From Eledone cirrhosa (lineage: Eukaryota), in contig OZ024741.1 in the NCBI GenBank assembly GCA_964016885.1, forward strand, positions 295,864,001 through 295,928,000: a stretch of DNA of 64,000 nt, in the 5' to 3' direction. The translations under genes were made by a program, and so were the position numbers. The notes beneath the pieces are model-generated. The model was not told the DNA's origin and did no database searches. It saw only the letters and a program-made list of their open reading frames with translations. Below, piece after piece: positions 41,901 through 56,587 of this stretch (positions within the stretch are counted from its first letter, which is position 1; the number at the start of each line of letters is the position of its first letter).

Positions 41901-44900
41901 ACCTATTGCTGACATCTTGGTGGACTGGTTAAGTAAACTAGTGTCTGTAACTGAACTATATTGATCTGGTACCTATTAGTGACATCTTGGTGGACTGGTT
42001 AGGTGAACTAGTGTCTGTAACTGAACCATATTGATCTGGTACCTATTGCTAACATCTTGGTGGACTGGTTAGGTGAACTAGTGTCTGTAACTGAACTAAA
42101 TTGATCTGGTACCTATTAGTGACATCTTGGTGGACTGGTTAGGTAAACTAGTGTCTGTAACTGAACTATATTGATCTGGTACCTATTGCTGACATCTTGG
42201 TGGACTGGTTAGGTGAACTAGTGTCTGTAACTGAACCATATTGATCTGGTACCTATTGCTGACATCTTGGTGAACTGGTTAGGTGAACTAGTGTCTGTAA
42301 CTGAACTATATTGATCTGGTACCTATTGCTGACATCTTGGTGGACTGGTTAGGTGAACTAGTGTCTGTAACTGAACTATATTGATCTGGTACCTATTAGT
42401 GACATCTTGGTGGACTGGTTAGGTGAACTAGTGTCTGTAACTGAACTATATTGATCTGGTACCTATTGCTGACATCTTGGTGGACTGGTTAGGTGAACTA
42501 GTGTCTGTAACTGAACTAAATTGATCTGGTACCTATTAGTGACATCTTGGTGGACTGGTTAGGTGAACTAGTGTCTGTAACTGAACCATATTGATCTGGT
42601 ACCTATTAGTGACATCTTGGTGGACTGGTTAGGTGAACTAGTGTCTGTAACTGAACTAAATTGATCTGGTACCTATTAGTGACATCTTGGTGGACTGGTT
42701 AGGTGAACTAGTGTCTGTAACTGAACCATATTGATCTGGTACCTATTAGTGACATCTTGGTGGACTGGTTAGGTGAACTAGTGTCTGTAACTGAACTATA
42801 TTGATCTGGTACCTATTAGTGAAGTCTTGGTGGACTGGTTAGGTGCACTAGTGTCTGTAACTGAACCATATTGATCTGGTACCTATTAGTGACATCTTGG
42901 TGGACTGGTTAGGTGAACTAGTGTCTGTAACTGAACTATATTGATCTGGTACCTATTAGTGACATCTTGGTGGACTGGTTAGGTGAACTAGTGTCTGTAA
43001 CTGAACTATATTGATCTGGTACCTATTAGTGACATCTTGGTGGACTGGTTAGGTGAACTAGTGTCTGTAACTGAACTATATTGATCTGGTACCTATTGCT
43101 GACATCTTGGTGGACTGGTTAGGTGAACTAGTGTCTGTAACTGAACCATATTGATCTGGTACCTATTGCTGACATCTTGGTGGACTGGCTAGGTGAACTA
43201 GTGTCTGTAACTGAACTATATTGATCTGGTACCTATTGCTAACATCTTGGTGGACTGGTTAGGTAAACTAGTGTCTGTAACTGAACTATATTGATCTGGT
43301 ACCTATTGCTGACATCTTGGTGGACTGGTTAGGTGAACTAATGTCTGTAACTGAACTAAATTGATCTGGTACCTATTGCTAACATCTTGGTGGACTGGTT
43401 AGGTAAACTAGTGTCTGTAACTGAACCATATTGATCTGGTACCTATTGCTGACATCTTGGTGGACTGGCTAGGTGAACTAGTGTCTGTAACTGAACTATA
43501 TTGATCTGGTACCTATTGCTGACATCTTGGTGGACTGGCTAGGTGAACTAGTGTCTGTAACTGTACTAAATTGATCTGGTACCTATTAGTGACATCTTGG
43601 TGGACTGGTTAGGTGAACTAGTGTCTGTAACTGAACCATATTGATCTGGTACCTATTGCTGACATCTTGGTGGACTGGCTAGGTGAACTAGTGTCTGTAA
43701 CTGAACTATATTGATCTGGTACCTATTAGTGACATCTTGGTGGACTGGTTAGGTGAACTAGTGTCTGTAACTGAACTATATTGATCTGGTACCTATTGCT
43801 GACATCTTGGTGGACTGGCTAGGTGAACTAGTGTCTGTAACTGAACTATATTGATCTGGTACCTATTAGTGACATCTTGGTGGACTGGTTAGGTGAACTA
43901 GTGTCTGTAACTGAACCATATTGATCTGGTACCTATTGCTGACATCTTGGTGGACTGGCTAGGTGAACTAGTGTCTGTAACTGAACTATATTGATCTGGT
44001 ACCTATTAGTGACATCTTGGTGGACTGGTTAGGTGAACTAGTGTCTGTAACTGAACTATATTGATCTGGTACCTATTGCTGACATCTTGGTGGACTGGTT
44101 AGGTGAACTAGTGTCTGTAACTGAACTATATTGATCTGGTACCTATTGCTGACATCTTGGTGGACTGGTTAGGTGAACTAGTGTCTGTAACTGAACTATA
44201 TTGATCTGGTACCTATTGCTGACATCTTGGTGGACTGGCTAGGTGAACTAGTGTCTGTAACTGTACTAAATTGATCTGGTACCTATTAGTGACATCTTGG
44301 TGGACTGGTTAGGTAAACTAGTGTCTGTAACTGAACTAAATTGATCTGGTACCTATTGCTGACATCTTGGTGGACTGGCTAGGTGAACTAGTGTCTGTAA
44401 CTGAACTAAATTGATCTGGTACCTATTAGTGACATCTTGGTGGACTGGTTAGGTGAACTAGTGTCTGTTAATGAACTATATTGATCTGGTACCTATTGCT
44501 GACATCTTGGTGGACTGGTTAGGTGAACTAGTGTCTGTAACTGAACTAAATTGATCTGGTACCTATTGCTGACATCTTGGTGGACTGGTTAGGTTAACTA
44601 GTGTCTGTAACTGAACTAAATTGATCTGGTACCTATTAGTGACATCTTGGTGGACTGGTTAGGTGAACTAGTGTCTGTAACTGAACTAAATTGATCTGGT
44701 ACCTATTGCTGACATCTTGGTGGACTGGTTAGGTGAACTAGTGTCTGTAACTGAACTAAATTGATCTGGTACCTATTGCTGACATCTTGGTGGACTGGTT
44801 AGGTAAACTAGTGTCTGTAACTGAACTAAATTGATCTGGTACCTATTAGTGACATCTTGGTGGACTGGTTAGGTGAACTAGTGTCTGTAACTGAACTATA

Positions 44901-47900
44901 TTGATCTGGTACCTATTAGTGACATCTTGGTGGACTGGTTAGGTGAACTAGTGTCTGTAACTGAACTATATTGATCTGGTACCTATTGCTGACATCTTGG
45001 TGGACTGGCTAGGTGAACTAGTGTCTGTAACTGTACTAAATTGATCTGGTACCTATTAGTGACATCTTGGTGGACTGGTTAGGTGAACTAGTGTCTGTAA
45101 CTGAACTAAATTGATCTGGTACCTATTGCTGACATCTTGGTGGACTGGTTAGGTAAACTAGTGTCTGTAACTGAACTAAATTGATCTGGTACCTATTAGT
45201 GACATCTTGGTGGACTGGTTAGGTGAACTAGTGTCTGTAACTGAACTATATTGATCTGGTACCTATTAGTGACATCTTGGTGGACTGGTTAGGTGAACTA
45301 GTGTCTGTAACTGAACTATATTGATCTGGTACCTATTGCGGACATCTTGGTGGACTGGTTAGGTGAACTAGTGTCTGTAACTGAACTATATTGATCTGGT
45401 ACCTATTGCTGACATCTTGGTGGACTGGCTAGGTGAACTAGTGTCTGTAACTGAACTATATTGATCTGGTACCTATTAGTGACATCTTGGTGGACTGGTT
45501 AGGTGAACTAGTGTCTGTAACTGAACTAAATTGATCTGGTACCTATTGCTGACATCTAGGTGGACTGGTTAGGTAAACTAGTGTCTGTAACTGAACTAAA
45601 TTGATCTGGTACCTATTAGTGACATCTTGGTGGACTGGTTAGGTGAACTAGTGTCTGTAACTGAACTATATTGATCTGGTACCTATTAGTGACATCTTGG
45701 TGAACTAGTGTCTGTAACTCTACTAAATTGATCTGGTACCTATTAGTGACATCTTGGTGGACTGGTTAGGTGAACTAGTGTCTGTAACTGAACTAAATTG
45801 ATCTGGTACCTATTGCTGACATCTTGGTGGACTGGTTAGGTAAACTAGTGTCTGTAACTGAACTAAATTGATCTGGTACCTATTAGTGACATCTTGGTGG
45901 ACTGGTTAGGTGAACTAGTGTCTGTAACTGAACTATATTGATCTGGTACCTATTAGTGACATCTTGGTGGACTGGTTAGGTGAACTAGTGTCTGTAACTG
46001 AACTATATTGATCTGGTACCTATTGCTGACATCTTGGTGGACTGGTTAGGTGAACTAGTGTCTGTAACTGAACTAAATTGATCTGGTACCTATTAGTGAC
46101 ATCTTGGTGGACTGGTTAGGTGAACTAGTGTCTGTAACTGAACTATATTGATCTGGTACCTATTAGTGACATCTTGGTGGACTGGTTAGGTGAACTAGTG
46201 TCTGTAACTGAACTATATTGATCTGGTACCTATTAGTGACATCTTGGTGGACTGGCTAGGTGAACTAGTGTCTGTAACTGTACTAAATTGATCTGGTACC
46301 TATTAGTGACATCTTGGTGGACTGGTTAGGTGAACTAGTGTCTGTAACTGAACTATATTGATCTGGTACCTATTGCTGACATCTTGGTGGACTGGTTAGG
46401 TGAACTAGTGTCTGTAACTGAACTATATTGATCTGGTACCTATTAGTGACATCTTGGTGGACTGGTTAGGTGAACTAGTGTCTGTAACTGAACTATATTG
46501 ATCTGGTACCTATTAGTGACATCTTGGTGGACTGGTTAGGTGAACTAGTGTCTGTAACTGAACTATATTGATCTGGTACCTATTAGTGACATCTTGGTGG
46601 ACTGGTTAGGTGAACTAGTGTCAGTAACTGAACTATATTGATCTGGTACCTATTAGTGACATCTTGGTGGACTGGTTAGGTGAACTAGTGTCTGTAACTG
46701 TACTAAATTGATCTGGTACCTATTAGTGACATCTTGGTGGACTGGTTAGGTGAACTAGTGTCTGTAACTGAACTAAATTGATCTGGTACCTATTAGTGAC
46801 ATCTTGGTGGATTGGTTAGGTGAACTAGTGTCTGTAACTGAACTATATTGATCTGGTACCTATTGCTGACATCTTGGTGGACTGGCTAGGTGAACTAGTG
46901 TCTGTAACTGTACTAAATTGATCTGGTACCTATTAGTGACATCTTGGTGGACTGGTTAGGTGAACTAGTGTCTGTAACTGAACTAAATTGATCTGGTACC
47001 AGTCCACCAAGATGTCACTAATAGGTACCAGATCAATTTAGTACAGTTACAGACACTAGTTCACCAAGATGTCACTAATAGGTACCAGATCAATATAGTT
47101 CAGTTACAGACACTAGTTCACCTAACCAGTCCACCAAGATGTCACTAATAGGTACCAGATCAATTTAGTTCAGTTACAGACACTAGTTCACCTAACCAGT
47201 CCACCAAGATGTCACTAATAGGTACCAGATCAATTTAGTACAGTTACAGACACTAGTTCACCTAGCCAGTCCACCAAGATGTCAGCAATAGGTACCAGAT
47301 CAATATAGTTCAGTTACAGACACTAGTTCACCTAACCAGTCCACCAAGATGTCACTAATAGGTACCAGATCAATTTAGTTCAGTTACAGACACTAGTTCA
47401 CCTAACCAGTCCACCAAGATGTCACTAATAGGTACCAGATCAATTTAGTACAGTTACAGACACTAGTTCACCTAACCAGTCCACCAAGATGTCACTAATA
47501 GGTACCAGATCAATATAGTTCAGTTACTGACACTAGTTCACCTAACCAGTCCACCAAGATGTCACTAATAGGTACCAGATCAATATAGTTCAGTTACAGA
47601 CACTAGTTCACCTAACCAGTCCACCAAGATGTCACTAATAGGTACCAGATCAATATAGTTCAGTTACAGACACTAGTTCACCTAACCAGTCCACCAAGAT
47701 GTCACTAATAGGTACCAGATCAATATAGTTCAGTTACAGACACTAGTTCACCTAACCAGTCCACCAAGATGTCAGCAATAGGTACCAGATCAATATAGTT
47801 CAGTTACAGACACTAGTTCACCTAACCAGTCCACCTAGATGTCACTAATAGGTACCAGATCAATTTAGTACAGTTACAGACACTAGTTCACCTAACCAGT

Positions 47901-50900
47901 CCACCAAGATGTCACTAATAGGTACCAGATCAATTTAGTACAGTTACAGACACTAGTTCACCTAACCAGTCCACTAAATTGATCTGGTACCTATTAGTGA
48001 CATCTTGGTGGACTGGTTAGGTGAACTAGTGTCTGTAACTGAACTAAATTGATCTGGTACCTATTAGTGACATCTTGGTGGACTGGTTAGGTGAACTAGT
48101 GTCTGTAACTGAACTATATTGATCTGGTACCTATTGCTGACATCTTGGTGGACTGGCTAGGTGAACTAGTGTCTGTAACTGTACTAAATTGATCTGGTAC
48201 CTATTAGTGACATCTTGGTGGACTGGTTAGGTGAACTAGTGTCTGTAACTGAACTAAATTGATCTGGTACCTATTAGTGACATCTTGGTGGACTGGTTAG
48301 GTGAACTAGTGTCTGTAACTGAACTATATTGATCTGGTACCTATTAGTGACATCTTGGTGGACTGGTTAGGTGAACTAGTGTCTGTAACTGTACTAAATT
48401 GATCTGGTACCTATTAGTGACATCTTGGTGGACTGGTTAGGTGAACTAGTGTCTGTAACTGAACTATATTGATCTGGTACCTATTGCTGACATCTTGGTG
48501 GACTGGTTAGGTGAACTAGTGTCTGTAACTGAACTAAATTGATCTGGTACCTATTGCTGACATCTTGGTGGACTGGTTAGGTAAACTAGTGTCTGTAACT
48601 GAACTATATTGATCTGGTACCTATTGCTGACATCTTGGTGGACTGGTTAGGTAAACTAGTGTCTGTAACTGAACTAAATTGATCTGGTACCTATTGCTGA
48701 CATCTTGGTGGACTGGTTAGGTGAACTAGTGTCTGTAACTGAACTAAATTGATCTGGTACCTATTGCTGACATCTTGGTGGACTGGTTAGGTGAACTAGT
48801 GTCTGTAACTGAACTAAATTGATCTGGTACCTATTGCTGACATCTTGGTGGACTGGTTAGGTGAACTAGTGTCTGTAACTGAACTAAATTGATCTGGTAC
48901 CTATTGCTGACATCTTGGTGGACTGGTTAGGTGAACTATTGTCTGTAACTGAACTATATTGATCTGGTACCTATTAGTGACATCTTGGTGGACTGGTTAG
49001 GTGAACTAGTGTCTGTAACTGAACTAAATTGATCTGGTACCTATTAGTGACATCTTGGTGGACTGGTTAGGTGAACTATTGTCTGTAACTGAACTATATT
49101 GATCTGGTACCTATTAGTGACATCTTGGTGGACTGGTTAGGTGAACTAGTGTCTGTAACTGAACTAAATTGATCTGGTACCTATTAGTGACATCTTGGTG
49201 GACTGGTTAGGTAAACTAGTGTCTGTAACTGAACTATATTGATCTGGTACCTATTAGTGACATCTTGGTGGACTGGTTAGGTAAACTAGTGTCTGTAACT
49301 GAACTAAATTGATCTGGTACCTATTGCTGACATCTTGGTGGACTGGTTAGGTGAACTAGTGTCTGTAACTGAACTAAATTGATCTGGTACCTATTGCTGA
49401 CATCTTGGTGGACTGGTTAGGTGAACTATTGTCTGTAACTGAACTATATTGATCTGGTACCTATTGCTGACATCTTGGTGGACTGGTTAGGTAAACTAGT
49501 GTCTGTAACTGAACTATATTGATCTGGTACCTATTGCTGACATCTTGGTGGACTGGTTAGGTGAACTAGTGTCTGTAACTGAACTAAATTGATCTGGTAC
49601 CTATTAGTGACATCTTGGTGGACTGGTTAGGTGAACTAGTGTCTGTAACTGAACTATATTGATCTGGTACCTATTAGTGACATCTTGGTGGACTGGTTAG
49701 GTAAACTAGTGTCTGTAACTGAACTATATTGATCTGGTACCTATTGCTGACATCTTGGTGGACTGGTTAGGTGAACTAGTGTCTGTAACTGAACTAAATT
49801 GATCTGGTACCTATTGCTGACATCTTGGTGGACTGGTTAGGTGAACTAGTGTCTGTAACTGAACTATATTGATCTGGTACCTATTAGTGACATCTTGGTG
49901 GACTGGTTAGGTGAACTAGTGTCTGTAACTGAACTAAATTGATCTGGTACCTATTAGTGACATCTTGGTGGACTGGTTAGGTGAACTAGTGTCTGTAACT
50001 GAACCATATTGATCTGGTACCTATTGCTGACATCTTGGTGGACTGGTTAGGTAAACTAGTGTCTGTAATTGAACTATATTGATCTGGTACCTATTGCTGA
50101 CATCTTGGTGGACTGGTTAGGTAAACTAGTGTCTGTAACTGAACTAAATTGATCTGGTACCTATTAGTGACATCTTGGTGGACTGGTTAGGTGAACTAGT
50201 GTCTGTAACTGTACTAAATTGATCTGGTACCTATTGCTGACATCTTGGTGGACTGGTTAGGTGAACTAGTGTCTGTAACTGAACTAAATTGATCTGGTAC
50301 CTATTGCTGACATCTTGGTGGACTGGTTAGGTGAACTAGTGTCTGTAACTGAACTATATTGATCTGGTACCTATTGCTGACATCTTGGTGGACTGGTTAG
50401 GTGAACTAGTGTCTGTAACTGAACTATATTGATCTGGTACCTATTGCTGACATCTTGGTGGACTGGTTAGGTAAACTACTGTCTGTAACTGAACTATATT
50501 GATCTGGTACCTATTGCTGACATCTTGGTGGACTGGTTAGGTGAACTAGTGTCTGTAACTGAACTAAATTGATCTGGTACCTATTAGTGACATCTTGGTG
50601 GACTGGTTAGGTGAACTAGTGTCTGTAACTGAACTAAATTGATCTGGTACCTATTGCTGACATCTTGGTGGACTGGTTAGGTGAACTAGTGTCTGTAACT
50701 GAACTAAATTGATCTGGTACCTATTGCTGACATCTTGGTGGACTGGTTAGGTGAACTAGTGTCTGTAACTGAACTATATTGATCTGGTACCTATTGCTGA
50801 CATCTTGGTGGACTGGTTAGGTGAACTAGTGTCTGTAACTGAACTAAATTGATCTGGTACCTATTAGTGACATCTTGGTGGACTGGTTAGGTAAACTAGT

Positions 50901-52561
50901 GTCTGTAACTGAACTATATTGATCTGGTACCTATTGCTGACATCTTGGTGGACTGGTTAGGTGAACTAGTGTCTGTAACTGAACTAAATTGATCTGGTAC
51001 CTATTGCTGACATCTTGGTGGACTGGTTAGGTCAACTAGTGTCTGTAACTGAACTAAATTGATCTGGTACCTATTGCTGACATCTTGGTGGACTGGCTAG
51101 GTGAACTAGTGTCTGTAACTGAACTAAATTGATCTGGTACCTATTGCTGATATCTTGGTGGACTGGTTAGGTGAACTAGTGTCTGTAACTGAACTAAATT
51201 GATCTGGTACCTATTAGTGACATCTTGGTGGACTGGTTAGGTGAACTAGTGTCTGTAACTGAACTAAATTGATCTGGTACCTATTGCTGACATCTTGGTG
51301 GACTGGTTAGGTGAACTAGTGTCTGTAACTGAACTATATTGATCTGGTACCTATTGCTGACATCTTGGTGGACTGGTTAGGTGAACTAGTGTCTGTAACT
51401 GAACTAAATTGATCTGGTACCTATTAGTGACATCTTGGTGGACTGGTTAGGTAAACTAGTGTCTGTAACTGAACTATATTGATCTGGTACCTATTGCTGA
51501 CATCTTGGTGGACTGGTTAGGTGAACTAGTGTCTGTAACTGAACTAAATTGATCTGGTACCTATTGCTGACATCTTGGTGGACTGGTTAGGTGAACTAGT
51601 GTCTGTAACTGAACTAAATTGATCTGGTACCTATTGCTGACATCTTGGTGGACTGGCTAGGTGAACTAGTGTCTGTAACTGAACTAAATTGATCTGGTAC
51701 CTATTGCTGACATCTTGGTGGACTGGTTAGGTGAACTAGTGTCTGTAACTGAACTAAATTGATCTGGTACCTATTAGTGACATCTTGGTGGACTGGTTAG
51801 GTGAACTAGTGTCTGTAACTGAACTAAATTGATCTGGTACCTATTGCTGACATCTTGGTGGACTGGTTAGGTGAACTAGTGTCTGTAACTGAACTATATT
51901 GATCTGGTACCTATTGCTGACATCTTGGTGGACTGGTTAGGTGAACTAGTGTCTGTAACTGAACTAAATTGATCTGGTACCTATTAGTGACATCTTGGTG
52001 GACTGGTTAGGTAAACTAGTGTCTGTAACTGAACTATATTGATCTGGTACCTATTGCTGACATCTTGGTGGACTGGTTAGGTGAACTAGTGTCTGTAACT
52101 GAACTAAATTGATCTGGTACCTATTGCTGACATCTTGGTGGACTGGTTAGGTGAACTAGTGTCTGTAACTGAACTAAATTGATCTGGTACCTATTGCTGA
52201 CATCTTGGTGGACTGGCTAGGTGAACTAGTGTCTGTAACTGAACTAAATTGATCTGGTACCTATTGCTGACATCTTGGTGGACTGGTTAGGTGAACTAGT
52301 GTCTGTAACTGAACTAAATTGATCTGGTACCTATTAGTGACATCTTGGTGGACTGGTTAGGTGAACTAGTGTCTGTAACTGAACTAAATTGATCTGGTAC
52401 CTATTAGTGACATCTAAGTGGACTGGGGTCAGTGACTGAATTATATTGGTGTGATACCTATTATTGATTGTTAGATGGACTGATTGGTGGACTTGGACCT
52501 GTGATTGAACTATATTGATCTGGTACATATTATTGGTGGGATGATTGAACTATATTGATCT
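23929..52561. repeat. 70-bp satellite array, ~28.5 kb, about 400 units
   Basis: Consensus tgtctgtaactgaactatattgatctggtacctattgctgacatcttggtggactggttaggtgaactag. Homogeneous from ~24032 to 52416, with diverged units at both edges. One GGTACC and one ACTAGT per unit. Confidence 0.99.
47001..47974 (-). repeat. Inverted block of ~14 satellite units
   Basis: Strand switch at ggtacc|agtccacc (47000/47001) and back at gtccac|taaatt (47974/47975). Confidence 0.97.
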
Positions 52562-52629
52562 TACGTATAAACACTTGAGAAGGTCTGGGACCCACGGAGA
52601 ATATCTCAATGGTTCACATGTATATTATA

Positions 52630-53215
52630 CTATCAGTGGTACCCGGCGTTGCACGGGATAAGGTATTGGGAAATATATAACCGCCTTAGCTAAGCTTAGT
52701 ATTGCCACAACTACGGCTGGCAAAGAAGTAAGGATCTGGTGGTAAGTAAGCAACACTGTGGCTTAAAACGTGAGGAAGAAGTTGTGTGCACTTACCAACT
52801 GTTTGGGGAATGAGTGTGAGATTTGTCTTGAGCAAGGGTGGCAAAATAACCGGAAGCAGCAGACAGCCAGACATACAGACATATTATAAGGGCGCGTTCT
52901 GGACGCAGAGCGAATTGTAGGAAGTGACGTAATGCAGACAACCAGACATACAGACAGATATTATAAGGGCGCGACGTTATATGTATGTATCTATCTAAAA
53001 AGTGAAAGACTAAGAATTATATAGAGAGATCGCTAAATCGCCTAATGCGGTCCCTAGGGCATTGAAATTTTGAATTTTTGGGGGCTCAGAACTCTCCCTG
53101 AAACGTAAGTATTACATGTGTAAAGTTTGAAAACAGTCGGTTGGGTGCTTCTCTAGTTTTAGGGATTCAAACTCACACACACACAGACAGACATCCTCAG
53201 TTTTATATATATAGA
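52630..53215 (-). mobile_element. Non-autonomous Helitron
   Basis: The minus strand begins TC and ends with a GC hairpin (cccgtgcaacgccggg, 52657-52642) followed by ATAG (one change from CTAG). It is inserted between A and T with no TSD. The empty site restores tatattatatcttatctt, matching the neighbouring minisatellite unit. Confidence 0.78.
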
Positions 53216-54030
53216 TCTTATCTTAGGTATAAACATTTGAGCAGGTCTGAGACCTACAGAGAACACTTCAACGGCCTATATGTATATTATATCATATTTT
53301 ACATTTAAATATATGAAAATAACCAAGACTCACAGAGAACACTTCAACAGCCCACATGTATATTATATATCATATAATATCTTACATATAAATATTTGAG
53401 AATGTCTGGGGCCCACAGAGAACATCAATGGTTCACATATATATTGTATCTCATCTTACATATGAAAGTCCAAGACTACACAGACTAACTTCATGTATAT
53501 TATATATCATATCTTACATATGAAAGTCCAAGACTACACAGACTAACCTCATGTATATTATATATCATATCTTACATATGAAAGTCCAAGACTTACACAG
53601 ACTAACTTCATGTATATTATATATCATATCTTACATATGAAAGTCCAAGACTTACACAGACTAACTTCATATATATTATATATCATATCTTACATATGAA
53701 AGTCCAAGACCACACAGACTAACTTCATGTATATTATATATCATATCTTACATATGAAAGTCCAAGACTTACACAGACTAACCTCATGTATATTATATAT
53801 CATATCTTACATATGAAAGTCCAAGACTTACACAGACTAACCTCATGTATATTATATATCATATCTTACATATGAAAGTCCAAGACTTACACAGACTAAC
53901 TTCATGTATATTATATATCATATCTTACATATGAAAGTCCAAGACCCACAGAGAGAACTTCAACGGCCCACATGTATATTATAGCATATATCTTAGATAT
54001 AAATATATGAGATCCACAGAGAACACCTCA
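53216..54030. repeat. 58-59 bp minisatellite (~8 homogeneous units, 53450-53945) with longer diverged flanking units
   Basis: tatgaaagtccaagac(t)tacacagactaac(t/c)tcatgtatattatatatcatatcttaca at 53461, 53519, 53577, 53636 and onward. Confidence 0.93.
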
Positions 54031-54674
54031 ATGCCCAGCATGTTGCCAATCCCTATTCTAGGTGACACTTTATTAAATAACCCTACATTGTCACATATTG
54101 TACTACACTACGTCATACTTCATTATACTACACTGGATTCAGCTACACACACCTTACTCTATAGTACATCAGAGCAGAAGAACTGCTAGAAATAGCAGCT
54201 AAATATCCCATAACTCAGATCTGTCTTAGAAAATGATATGACACATTGGACAATGTAGTTCTAAATATACAAAAAGGTCCGAAAATCATAAGTGTACTGG
54301 ATGAGAGTTTACGTGGGGATAAATAACAGCAACAACAATTGCCACAAACAACATCGTCATTGATAACGAAACCGAATTCCAGCAACAACGACAACAACAA
54401 TGATTGAACCCATATATGATCATACAACCTGTTAGAAATAGCAACCAAGCTTCCTTTAAAAGGACACATTGAGTAATGTCATGCTGAAAAAACAAAAAAG
54501 ATGATGAAATGGTACAGACTAGAATGTTTTTGATCAAAGGTCGGTTTGATCTATGTAAATAGCAATAATACCCGAAACAAGAACAATGAAAGTTAAAGAG
54601 CAATATGAAGGTAACCAATAGAGGGACATAGTGACGCTTTAAATCCTGTCCAACTGTAATATGAACACTTATTC

Positions 54675-55237
54675 ACCAACCAACCAACCAGACAGCCGAC
54701 CAACCACCGTACGTACACCAGCCAGCCAGCCAACCAACCAGCCAACCAGTCATGGTACGTATACCATCCTGCCAACCAGCCACCGTAGACCAACCAACTG
54801 CCGTACATCAACCAACCATCCAGCCAACCAGCCACCCAACCAGCCAACCAGCCAGCTAACCCTCCAGCCTACCATCCGACCAACCATCCAGCCAACCAAC
54901 CAGCCAGGCAGGCAACCAAACAGCCAACAAGCCAGTTAACCATCCAGCCAACCAGCCACCCAACCAACTAACCAGCCAGCCAGCCAACCAGCTAACCATC
55001 CAGCCATCCAGCCAACCACCTGCTAGCCAACCAGCCAGCCAACCAGCTAACCATCCAGCCAACCAACCACCGTACACCAACCAGCCACCCAACCAGCTAA
55101 CCAACCAGCCACCCAACCAGCTAACCATCCAGCCAACCAACCACCGTACACCAACCAGCCACCCAACCAGCTAACCATCCAGCCAACCAACCACCGTACA
55201 CCAACCAGCCAGCCAACCACCGTACACCAGCCAGCCG
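54675..55237. repeat. Degenerate (CCAG/CCAA)n tetranucleotide repeat
   Basis: Directly visible. Confidence 0.9.
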
Positions 55238-55463
55238 CTGTGTCGAGAGAAACCTGAAATGGCGTGGGTGTTACGAAAATATACAGTCAAGGACAGCTAG
55301 CTAATGTTTATAATATAACTGAAACGCTGGAGAAAAATCGATTATAGATCAATAGCTCTGACAGTGCAAGTGCCATATTTAACAAGTCAACTCCTCCTTC
55401 TCCCTCCCCTTTCTCTCTCTCTGTCTCTCCGTATATATAGATACATGTATACGCCTTTATCCA

Positions 55464-55522
<59 letters not shown>

Positions 55523-55525
55523 TCA

Positions 55526-55620
<95 letters not shown>

Positions 55621-55788
55621 TGTGTGTGTCTGTGTGTGTATTCATAATCTTGGTTCGTGAAGCCAACCCATGATGATGGTGATGATATATATATATATAT
55701 ATATATATATATCATCACCATATGTATATGTGTGTATGTGTGTGTGTGTGTATTACATACGTTTCTCTCTCTCTCTCCCTCTCTCTCT

Positions 55789-55858
<70 letters not shown>

Positions 55859-55895
55859 ATCTATTTATCTATATATATCTATATATATCTATCTA

Positions 55896-55973
<78 letters not shown>

Positions 55974-56384
55974 CATCTATCACTGCCCCTCCTTCCTTCC
56001 CTTTCCGATGTCTCACAACCCATAATCCCAACTTTCCGCTTACATTTCTATACCGTCAGATTACTCCAGCCGACCAACCGTTCTACTAGACCACCTCACA
56101 CGATGTCTTCGTTACTGCCTTTAATTGCCTTCCATACTTCCTGGAGTTTGTTTGTTTTTGTTAGTTATGTTCTATCTCTTTTCGTAAGACCCCCCCCCCC
56201 ACACACACACACACACGCACACACCTACGTACATTACAAACGTCCAATTATACATACACATGCAAACATATATTATACAATCACCGATCATGGCCACGCA
56301 TACACATATTTAGATATGTGTGTGTGTGTGTGGTGTATGTAAATGTATGTGTGTGTGTGTGTTTATATATATATACATGAACAT

Positions 56385-56462
<78 letters not shown>

Positions 56463-56468
56463 TATATG

Positions 56469-56547
<79 letters not shown>

Positions 56548-56587
56548 GATATTAAATAAATGGAAACTATATTTATAAAACCATATT

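Noticed and set aside
24032-52416. 70-bp array as a CRISPR array, coding repeat or ribozyme-containing satellite
   Set aside because: No unique spacers or cas genes. The unit is not a multiple of three and stops recur. The consensus has no CUGAnGA/GAAA core on either strand.
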